Below are positions 53,600-64,000 of a stretch of DNA of 64,000 nt, in pieces. The notes beneath the pieces were generated by a model. The model did not search any database. It was not told where the DNA came from and saw only the letters and a list, made by a program, of their open reading frames with translations. A program made the position numbers and the translations under genes. Source of the stretch: Tubiluchus corallicola (lineage: Eukaryota; Animalia; Priapulida); NCBI GenBank assembly GCA_030141605.1, contig JAQGDQ010000038.1, positions 744,001 to 808,000 of the forward strand, written 5' to 3'. The number at the start of each line of letters is the position of its first letter. Within the stretch, counting starts at the first letter, position 1.

Positions 53600-56000
53600 C
53601 TGAAATTAAAGTGAATAGCTAATGATAGTCCAAATGATAGTCCTATAATACACACCTTGTCTAATCTCATCATGTGGATGTTTTGTCTGTTGTTACAGTA
53701 GAATTTCAAACCTTGTAAAAGGCATAAAAAAGTCACTGAATTCTCAATGCAGGAAACACATGTCAAATGCTTCTGCAAAACACAGACAACAACAAAAAAT
53801 ACTTTTTAAAGGCATCCAATTTAATATAAAAAAAACCTTTGTTGCCCAGCGAATGTTCACGCATCCTAAGCCAATAGAAAGACAGAGAAGCCTCCATTTG
53901 TAACACGACGTAAAATTAAGCAATACATAAAATTGTGGATATAGCCATATGCAGGAAATGCATGATGTCTAATGTTTCTGCAAAACACAGAGAAAAAAGA
54001 AAACAAACAAACAAATATACAGCATCAAATTTAATATAAAAGAAACCTCTGAAGCTCAGATACATTCATGAGTCCAACGACAGTGGCAAGACAGAAAAGT
54101 CTTCATTTGTAACATGATGTTGAAGCTTGTGCACTATACAAAAATGTGGATGGTGTGGCCATACAGGAAACATACGATGTCTAATACTTCTGCAAAACAC
54201 AGACAATAACAAAAAGAGAAAGAGGAAGTCGTATCACATCAATTAAATGCAAAAAAAGAAATCTATGAGGTATGGCTAGGTCGGCCAAGTTAATATTCAA
54301 GGTGAGTCCAACAGTGACCAATAGACTAGACGAATCTTTAGAAAAGTGGAACTTTGTAGACGTTTTTTCTAAGTCAGCAACACAGCTAGTCTTATCAATT
54401 TGACTAGGTTGAATCAAAAAAACTGTTGTGCCAACTTGGAAAATTAGCAGAAAAGTGTCAAAATGTAAGGAAACAAAATGGCTACAAACCAAAAGACATT
54501 CAAAGAAAATTAAAATTTATAGGCAATTATGAGACATGTCCCAAAGTAGTTGGATACCCAAGAATCCATTTCTCTTATTGGATTATTTCAAAATGACCAC
54601 CAGACAAATGCCCATCATGCAATTATTTTTATTAATTCCACCTGAAGAATTTAAAAATCTGCTATTAAGCCCCAAAAAAGATGCAAAGTGACTTTAACAG
54701 TCCAATAAGCAAAAACAAAATGGCCACCAGGCTCATAGCATATCATGACACAGTCTAGGTGAATGATGAAAAACTTGCTCATTTTGCACAAAACTTATGA
54801 AACTTTGCACAAGCCAATTAAATTTACATATGCGGCTAATCGAAAATCAACGAATATGGCTGCCGTTTTAAGATGACCAAAGGCGGCGGTTGTTTTTCTC
54901 TGGATTGTTTAAGACACTCTGCATTTTTTAATGGTCGAATTAGTAAAAATAATTTGCCCTTTGTTTTGTAATAAACTTTTAGGCGAAATCGTTAATATGA
55001 TTACATGATCGGTGTAGTTTTGTTTCTCGTGGTGGCCATTTTACCCTGGAACATATATCATAAATGCCTGTTAATATTAATTTTCTACGAATTTCTTTTG
55101 ATTTATGTAGTTTGTACAACGATTGGTGGCCATTTTGATTTCGATTTTTTGACCCCTTTCTGCTAATTTTTTGAACTGGCAACAGTTTTTTGCGGTTTCA
55201 TAGTCAAACTGATAAGACTGGCCACATTTATCACTTTTGTAAAAAAAATGACCCGGAACGTAGGAGCGCCTTTTCAGGATCTTTTCAGGATTTTCTTCCA
55301 GTCTGCAGACAGAAAAGCCTTCACTTGAAATAGGATGTTAAACCTTGCATAAGGCAAAAAACGTGGATGGCTTCCCTTTTGTGCAGGCATGATGTCTAAT
55401 GTTTCTGCAAAATATAGACAAAAAAAAGAAAAACAAATGTCATACCACAATGTCAAATTTAATATAAAAAGGAACCTTTCAATCTCGGCTAATCTTCATG
55501 AGTCCAAGGACAAAGCAAGACAGAAACGCCTTCATTTGTAACACAATGTCAGAGCTTGTGCAAGGCATAAAAGTGTAAACGAATGCCCAATGCAGAAAAC
55601 ACACGATGTCTAATGCTTCTGCAAAACACAGACGAGAAAAAAGAAAAACAAAATTTAATGTAAAAAAGAAACCTACAAAGCTTGGCTAGGTCAGTCAAGG
55701 TAATATTTAGATTGAGTGCAAGAGCGACTATAGCGAGCAGCCTTCACTTGAAACAGGGTGTCGAACCTTGTGCAATGCACGACAACATAGATGGCTGCCC
55801 TGTGCAGAAAATGCATGTTTAGTGCTTCTGCAAAACACAGACATCAAAAAAGAAAAAAATGTCATATTATGGCAGGAAATTCAGAATGATTTCTGCAGCT
55901 TAGCTATATCAGTCAAGATAATAGTTACGACGAGCTCCAAGACAGTGACAAGACAGAAAAGCCTTCATTTCAAATACAATGAAAAATTATTTAGTCACTA
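53600..56000 (-). repeat. ~210-bp tandem array of 3'-splice-site-containing units (6 copies, split by a MITE)
   Basis: Core plus-strand motif TTCTGCAAAACACAGAC (minus GTCTGTGTTTTGCAG|AA) with AG at 53773, 53978, 54190, 55405, 55619 and 55828. Spacings are 205, 212, 1215 (including a 983-bp insertion), 214 and 209. Confidence 0.85.
54322..55304. mobile_element. Non-autonomous DNA transposon/MITE, family copy 2, inserted into the tandem array
   Basis: Ends TAGACTAGACGAA ... TTCTTCCAGTCT; shares agctagtct..aatttga..aaaaaactgtt..gaaaagtgtcaaaa with 2474-3570. The flanks rejoin into one array unit (gagtccaacagtgac|agacagaaaagccttcac). Confidence 0.7.
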
Positions 56001-57083
56001 AGCGCTTGTCCTTCTGACCACCTCAGCCATTTTGAACCATTCTGCACTGGATTCCTAAGTGCTTTTGGGTTTTATCTGCAAAACATCCAAAAAGAAAAAT
56101 ATCCCATGCAGCCAAAAAACTTGTAAAATAATAAATGATCAGTTTTTTTGTCAACAAATATTAGATATACTGGTCTATCCTGTACACAACCAAAATACAT
56201 TACACATCCATGACTGGCACAATTTCCATCTCTCACTTGGAAGTTTGCGTTTACCTGTTTCTTATTGTTCTCTATACGGAATATAACCATCTGGAAAAAC
56301 GAGAAAAGTAGCAAATAACTGTCAAAAAACTGTGTGCAGATAATGAAATAAGTTCCATCAGCCCAGTTACTTTCACAAAGCAAATTTCACAGACACATAA
56401 ATTGATATACCCGCCTGTATAATTCCAGCTGCCACAGATATGTGATTGTGCTAAGACTTTACTTGTCAGTGTGTCCCAGTATCATGCCTAAGTGACGCAT
56501 TTAGTATGTCTTAACGATACAAAAGTGAGAATAGCATTCTTCATTCTAGAAACAGTCTAGAAAACACAAAACACAGAACACAAAACATATGCAAATCAGT
56601 CTGCGCAGAGGAACATCTATGCCAGTCTTGTTACTGACCTGGTATCAGAAAATGATATTATACTAAAGGACATTTCGCTTGAAATATTGCACAAGTAGCA
56701 AAATAATATCCAAATTTATCTACCTAGAGCATTATAGACATTCACACTCTCTAAGAATAAATAACACTCAATAGGGATAAATGTCAAGACTTGCACAAAA
56801 TAAACCTGAAATTTCGCAAACATCAGTTAGAAATTATAACAAAATATCTGAGTACTTCTTCTCAAGAATGTGATATGATTTCGTGCATTGCATATTAGTT
56901 TCGATCAGGTACAATACATCTAGTCAGTAATGTCACGCAACTAATTAAGAATTACGTGCAAATAACGATCTAACATTAAATATTGGACATCTTTCTCTAC
57001 TTTCCTTATTTTAATCAACTTATTTTGTTATTTTATTTTATTATCATTATATTTATTATTTTATTTTTATTTACTAAGTTTAA

Positions 57084-57165
57084 GGTACCATAATAAACAG
57101 CTAATATTCGGAAAGGGTTTAAGGCAGGGTACCATAATAAACAGCTAATATTCGGAAAAGGTTTA
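57084..57165. repeat. 44-bp tandem duplication
   Basis: ggtaccataataaacagctaatattcggaaa occurs at 57084 and 57128. Confidence 0.85.
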
Positions 57166-60095
57166 ATGAAGGTTTGTCCTGTTAGCAAATCAGTAATTAC
57201 ATTTGTATTTATTACTAATGCATGTATGATTGTAATGTTTTCTTCAAATAAAATAATGTCTGAATAAATAAAGAGTAACTCAACTACATGTACTTCTGTA
57301 ATAGCAACATTAATCTTCAGACACTAAGTTTTTGAAGCAATATTCAACCAAAAAGGAAAATGGGAAAATTCAAAATTATTAAATCGAAGACTTTGATATG
57401 TATGTCCAAGAGCTGAAAAACTGTTATAACATCCAGTTCTTCATGATTATGATCACTTTCAGTTATCCTATAAAGGCTCAATGGCAGCAAAACTTTTCAC
57501 ATGAAGCCTGGAGACCTAGGTTGTGATGATGAAGATACTGTATGATTAACACTGAAACTAAGAATGCAAAAATTGTAAATTCAAAAATGTAGTTTCTAAC
57601 TTGTATGCCATTAGTTACTATTAAATTAAGACAGGAAGTGTCAGACTGCGAGGAAGCCAGTATTATCGTACAATAAAACCATTTATTGGCCGAAGGAAAT
57701 GGTATTATCTGCTTAATAACATAAATAATTTTACAAGTGATTTTTAAGGCAAAGGCGAGTTTTAAGCTTTTCAAATTTCCTTTTTCACTTATAAAATTCA
57801 GTCTTAAAAAATTGAAGTTGATTTAATCAGTCAACTAATTTAGTAAAAAAGCTCTTACATTGTTATAAAAACCACGGCTACTCAGTGAAACTATACAAGA
57901 CTGACCAAGACATAAATATGGCTGCCCAAGAGACAAGCGTAGCACTTCTACAAAACACAGAAACAAATAAAGTAGTAAGTCATCACTATCATAAAATGTA
58001 AAAAAATTTCAGCTGAGGCTAGTTTTGTAAACAATAAAATACATCTAACTTCAGGAAAATTTATGAAACTAAAAGAAAGCCTTTCCTTGAGGAAAAATTT
58101 CCACAATCTAGATACAGATAATAATTCATGATTATGTTCTTTCCAGCATTTGTGTAAATCAAATAGTTTAGCAATATTGCACCTGCAACAGCATGACGGT
58201 TTGTAAGCATGTTCATTTTATCTGCAAAAGACTCACAAAAACCCATATAGTGTTGTAAATTTTTAGATTCTTATGTGTTTTGGCATCATTGTTATAGTTT
58301 TTTAGATTCTGGTAGAAGAAATAAATCATTTTCAGATGTAGATAATTTGCAACAAAAATTTCATGATTCCATGAAGAAAGAGATCGTGCCGAACAACTCA
58401 ACTGATTTACCTCTCCCGAATTGATCTATTCATACTGCTTGAACTGTATTGAAGCTAATGCATTATAAACGGTATTATAAACGAGGGATTTTAATTTCTC
58501 GACAAAGTGTCAACCACTTTAAATTGCATAATTCAGCCAAATGTGTGCTTGCATATTGTGCCAAACAATAGTAGGACTGCCTATTTAATGGATTTTATTA
58601 GGCTGTTCAAGCATTTATAAACATTGGTATTTTTAAATCAGCAGAATGTACAACACAAGCAGCATGATAACTGACTCAATAACTGTAGCAAATTAAAAGA
58701 TCTTTTATCAAGCAAATATGCACCACAAAATTAATTCAAAACATTAGTAGTGAAAACAGCTAGCTAGGTACAATAATAGTAAGCACTCAAAGTTTGAGAA
58801 AAGTACTAAAATGTAGCTTGGATAAGTGAATAACCAACTAAATTAACAAATTCCCCATCCGTTACACATCCCCATCCCCATAATTTATTTCATCCTATAG
58901 ATTCGCATGTGTAACACACACTAAGCAAAATGAATAGTAGCGTGTAAGTTACATATTAGAGAATATATATTTCTTAAGCTAAAGATTATAGTCAGCAATC
59001 ACCAAACTTACATAAAATAACACTCAGATCAGTCCTCACAGGCGGCAATAAGCTCAGTTAAGTTAAAAACAGTCTGCAAAACCCAGTCACATGCACCAAT
59101 TGGTCAAACGCAGTCACATGAACCACATTTGCTCTTATTACAAAAATTACACACCTACCAAAGTTCTAATTAAAGGAAAACCAGATGATTGTGTAAATAT
59201 TAGTTCAGAATAAAGAATGCTCTAAAATATTGAAAACTACAACAGCTTCTTTTAAATCAAAGCTTAGATTAAATAATAAAAATAATAATTACCTCGGATA
59301 CTCAAATTTCGTTAAACTTTCAAAGCTATATGCGGCTCAGTGAATCTACTAAGATTGGCAGCAGCACCTTTTTGTCGCATACACATGGCCGACAAATAGA
59401 AGGCAGTACCATGATAAGCATGATCATGAACTGCAGTGTTAGTTTCTGACATCATATGATGTAAAGCCCATTTTTCGTGACATCATGCATTTAAGCAGTA
59501 CTGTAACACTTATGCAAATGTGCTTGACGTGCAAAGGAAGATGTCTGCCATTGCAAAAACTGTGGTTAGTTTCTGACGTAAGCAGCTGTGTTCAGTTGCC
59601 GTTAATTAACTTTCTAAGCTAATTATTCAAATATAAGGAACAATTGTTAACTTTTATAGGCAAGAAAATACATATTTTGGACAGTAAATTAAAATGAGAT
59701 TGAGTCTAAACAATCGTCCGGTCTTCCTTTAAGTAATGTTTCGCCTTGTAAATGTCTGAACACGTGCTAGCAAATTGTTATTGTTTAAAAAACTACTATT
59801 TAAATAAAGAGAAAGATTTCTAAATGAAAATTATCTGTTGTTGCAGTCCATTCTGATTTCTGGTTCCAAGTAAAATTGGTAACAAGAGTTACCTGTTCAA
59901 CTCCTGTAATATATAGAATCTGCAAAATGTAAAATAGAAGCCAAATCCAAAGATATGGCCTACAATTTAAGTGTGAGAGAAGTTTTGCTCTGCTATTACA
60001 CTAAGTGTTTTTCTCTATAATATCATTAAATACATACACCAAAGATTATTAAAAAAACCTAAAAATAATCAGGCAACAAAGTTAACAAATATTAC

Positions 60096-62315
60096 CTGGA
60101 TGATTTTCACCATGTATAAGCTTTGCTAGAGTTGGATCTATTGGAAGTTCAAAAGAAGGCTGCTGCATATTTACAGGTGGTGGTGCTGCAGGTGCTTGCA
60201 CAATAGCAGCACTCACAACTGACTGCATTGGCAGCGGTGGTTGGCTACCAGGTACAACCGATGCTGGTAGTGGAGGCGGTAATCTCGACACTGGGGTACT
60301 TGATGATAGCTGACCCGATGGTGGCTGCGGTCCAGTTGTTGCAGGCGGTGGACAGAAACTCTGCATAGGAAGAGGAGCAGATGGATAGGGTGGAGCCCCG
60401 GTGGGAGGAAGGGATCTGTTGGGATGTCTGACAATAGAAGAGGATAAGTTAGATGCATTGGCATTAGGAGGAGGAGGAGGACCAGGAGCAGGGGGAGGGG
60501 GAGGTGGCATACGTTGGCCAAATGACAGAGTTGGTTGTGACATAGGTGGCGGAGGGGGTGGTTGTCTAGGATGCTGCTGTCCAGGAAAATCTCCTAAACC
60601 TGGAACCTAAGAAATAAGAAGAATGTTTTAAATGTTAAGCACAGTTCACATGAGTAACTGTCGGATGAATCATTTACACGACTAGATAAAATCGAATGGA
60701 GTCTTGCAGCTTCGATTCAGACCCGACAAAGTTCTATTTTAACTGCTTTGGATTCAATTCAGTTTCCATAGAAAAATGCGAAGCAGTCTTCATAATTCGT
60801 GTAAAGGAATTACTCAGTTTAAGTTGCAAATCTGCAGTCAAATAGTGCTGCTTCAGAACTACTAGTAAATTTCCACCTAAGATTTAAATTATTTTAGTTC
60901 AGTTAGTTTAGTTTAGTAGTAGATCTTCGCTGACGTAGTTCGAGAACTTTGTAATTCATTATTAATGACAATTGATATTAATACTTAAAACATTACTGTG
61001 GCACGTGGAATTGACCGGTAGGAAGATGAAGTATCAAGTGATTTACCAGGCTTGTTGGCCGAAATTGTAGGGTGCCAGGCACGCCACTAGCCGAAGTAGG
61101 ACACTTTCGCTAAACTGCATGTGCAAAATTTGAGGAAAAGCAGTGTCGTACATGGGCAGCCCAAGTAGGGCACTGGCGATTTCTGTCGAGAATAGAGAAT
61201 TATGACATAATAAAACATAAAACTAAATTTGTTTTAGAAAAAAGTAACTTTATAATAATGATGGATAGTCCTTGATAATTTACAAATGTATTTTTTGCAA
61301 TAATATCATCATAATGCTTTAAAGAGAGAAACTATGTAGCGCATAGCTCGCTAGCCCTTTTACTAAGTACAAAACAATTATTTGTCCAAAAGGTAATGAA
61401 ACGGATCACCTGTCTGTGAAGCAAGACAAAATAATAAATGACATACATTAGACAAATGTTGGAATCGCCTAGAAAGCGGGCTTATTTCACTTCAAAAAGA
61501 TTAATATCGAAGCCAAATTTAATAATGGCCATTCTCCTAGCTCAGAATAAAATCCTTTTATTTTATCCATTGCATAATAAATCATTCAACCTGTATTGAG
61601 ACTTTCAATTATTATTATTAAATAAACGAAGACAACGGACACTGCCAGAGTACTGTTAGCAACTCAATTCGCGGGCTAGCCTACGTACGACACGTCCTAC
61701 TTGGGCTAGCCTATGTACACCAGTTGTCCTTCGGCTAATGTCCTACTTCTCTCCCAACAGAAGTGTCTTTATATATAAACACAAAAAAATTGTTTCGGAA
61801 CTTTTATTATTTTTTGTGTTTACCACATAGTGTAATACTAGTAATAGATTAATTTATTCACATCCATTAGTACATAAAATCACATTCATTAAAAAAATAA
61901 AAATACAATACAATTACTAGCATACCACATAATTAGCACTTAGTAAGATGTGCAGGAGGACACAGAGCAAAACTACTTGCATGTGTGTCGAATTTAAGAA
62001 ACCTTGTTAATCAATATGTTCAAGTCTTAGTTTTACGAAATAACTTAACATTTGCAGCAGTAACTAATGCCGAACCATTTACAGAAGCAGGCAATGAGTT
62101 CCATATTTGAACAACCACTCATCATGATCAAATAAGAACAACACTCCAAAGATTAACATAACAACATTTAACGGAAAATCGGTATCATCGTGTATTATTA
62201 ATGTATGTTACGTTAATAATATTTAACGTTAATTCCATTAACAAACAAATCAATAAATCACGATACTTACTGGAAATTCTCCATCTTGCGCCAACGCAGA
62301 AGCAGAGAAAAACAT
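60096..62315 (-). CDS. PUF60: Probable 5' exons of PUF60 (proline-rich N-terminal extension)
   Basis: Exon 60606-60096 (TTAG|GTT ... CCAG|GTAATA) is open and Pro-rich, and ends in phase 1, matching the phase-1 acceptor at 48551 (ENHPG-DPPAIG). A candidate first exon is 62315-62271 (MFFSASALAQDGEFP|GTAAGT, phase 0). The start codon is uncertain. Confidence 0.6.
61020..61754. mobile_element. Probable MITE with inverted subterminal repeats
   Basis: tagccgaagtaggaca / gcccaagtagg near 61090-61170 are inverted relative to cctacttgggc / ttcggcta / tgtcctacttc near 61695-61750. Confidence 0.5.
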
Positions 62316-63145
62316 TGAACGATGCATATTCATATTTACTGGGCCAATTTTTCTAAATATTAAAAATTCGCGAAACTTCTTCGGATTTCTGACAGAGAAG
62401 TGAACGACTGAAACGTTCACCAGGCGCAACAGCCCGATCATTTAAATTAAATTCAACTTATTTGCAACCAACATACGGCCACAGTTGACGAACTCAAGCG
62501 GCTGAGCCCCGCGTCGTACACGAGGTGTAGTGGAACATCCAATAGCATAATTACGTAGATCTGGAAGAGCTATAGAAATGAATCTTCAACATAATGATAC
62601 TTGAAATGTATACATGGTTATATATTATTATTACATGTGTAAATTTTCATATCATTTGCAAACATCATAATTTTTATAGTAGCACACGTTTTGACTTTGC
62701 TTTACATGTGCTTAGTGGGTTTGGTCAAGCAAAAGAACTAGGGAATATTGTTTGATCAAGAACGTAGATTAAATAAAAAATAATTAAGCTGATTAATCTG
62801 CAATAAAGAAAGTCTTATACGAGTAATAATACTACTGAATAGTGATCGTAATTACTGTAATTCTAGATTTCTGGATAGGCCCTACTTCTCTCCTTGAAAT
62901 GAAACGTTGTGAAATTATTCATAAATTGGTGCCCTTCTAGGCTACACCATAGAATAGAATTTTCATACATTTGATACATGTAATATTGCAACATTGAACA
63001 TTGTTATAGTTGTTAGTTAGTAGCAATTAATTTCAATTGGTGGGTATCAATTGTCCAATGACATTACACCCATTCTTCTGTGCATGCTATTTGCATGCTG
63101 TTTCAAACATTTTAATGATAAAGAACATATGGATGAATTGCTGAA

Positions 63146-63670
63146 TAGGGATGAGCATTCTCTACCAGAAAGCGAATTTAAATCGAAGCAAATATGTAAC
63201 TTGCAAATTCAAATCGAACCTCAGTGCTTCGAATACGAATCAAAATTGAATTGAGATTGAAAGATTTTCGAACAAGTTTTTGAACCACCAGTAAAAATTA
63301 GTCTTACATTGATCATGCATATATCTCGATTTTGTTCTGCAGTAAAATCACTAATAATTTCATTAAAATTGTGCAAAGAAATGACAGCTAAATTATGTAA
63401 TTGCATGATGTTTCAATCGTTTTAATGATAAAAATATCATTAAAACGATTGAAACATCATGCAATTACATAATTTAGCTGTCATTTCTTTGCACAATTTT
63501 AATGAAATTATTAGTGATTTTACTGCAGAACACGTGTGATTGAAATGCTAAATTATTCGAATCTACAGTTTTAGGTTCGAATCGTACTCGAACTAGTGCT
63601 GAATTATTTGAATCAATCATTTTAAATTCGATTTGCACGTTTGAACTCAAACGTTTGGTGCTCACCCCTA
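63146..63670. mobile_element. MITE with TIRs and a central perfect palindrome
   Basis: TIRs TAGGGATGAGCA ... TGCTCACCCCTA; TCGAA-rich arms; 98-bp perfect inverted repeat at 63333-63532. Confidence 0.7.
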
Positions 63671-64000
63671 ATGGTCTTATCTATGTTAAACATTAAAACC
63701 GCAGAAACCGCATGAATCTGTAGGCTGGTATCAAATAATTAATTACTTGCCAATACTTTTCCTGAATTTTGGACTAAGTTTAACACACTAACTGTGGCCT
63801 GTGGCCACTAGTGGCTCAGATTCTATATGCCAATGTGGTTAACGCTGTTGGGCACTGATTACCGCACTAGCCCGTATACCCGTCAGTGACGATACTAACG
63901 GATACTTAGTTCATTCCATTTGGACCAAATCGCATGCGGGCTTCAAAATCCAGCAGCAAAAATTTAACCGAATTTAGCTTAGCTTAGTCCTATTTCACTG

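Noticed and set aside
53600-56000. Regularly spaced repeat resembling a CRISPR array
   Set aside because: Eukaryotic context, whole ~210-bp units are homologous (no unique spacers), and no cas genes.
53600-56000. Dscam-like array of coding mutually exclusive exons
   Set aside because: The units I translated run into in-frame stops and lack a consistent downstream donor, so a coding-diversity array is not supported. A non-productive role is more plausible.
1-64000. tRNA, rRNA or snRNA genes
   Set aside because: None recognised by eye. Intronic snoRNAs cannot be excluded without a covariance-model search.

Overview
AT-rich, intron-containing invertebrate animal genomic DNA; the TTTTCAG/TTTTGCAG acceptors look nematode-like, but the taxon is not established. 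Six protein-coding genes were assembled by hand from GT-AG exons. On the minus strand: the 5' half of a PHR-family E3 ligase (MYCBP2/highwire/rpm-1, running off the left edge), a PH-domain gene fragment, a C1orf43/NICE-3 homologue, and the poly-U-binding splicing factor PUF60/half-pint/rnp-6. On the plus strand: exocyst subunit EXOC1/Sec3 (3' end not found) and MTHFS. Introns carry several MITEs, two LINE relics and microsatellites. The main unexplained structure is the ~11.5-kb PUF60 intron (48552-60095). It is filled with about 20 duplicated, sense-strand-oriented 3' splice-site motifs (UG/U-rich tract + UUUUGCAG), partly as a ~210-bp tandem array. Many are followed by in-frame stops and a few form frame-restoring micro-exons. 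This is a candidate autoregulatory decoy/poison splice-site array for a factor that itself binds such tracts. EXOC1 and the convergent PH gene both break off across 29.3-30.7 kb, suggesting a mis-join or rearrangement. All exon boundaries are manual predictions without transcript support.
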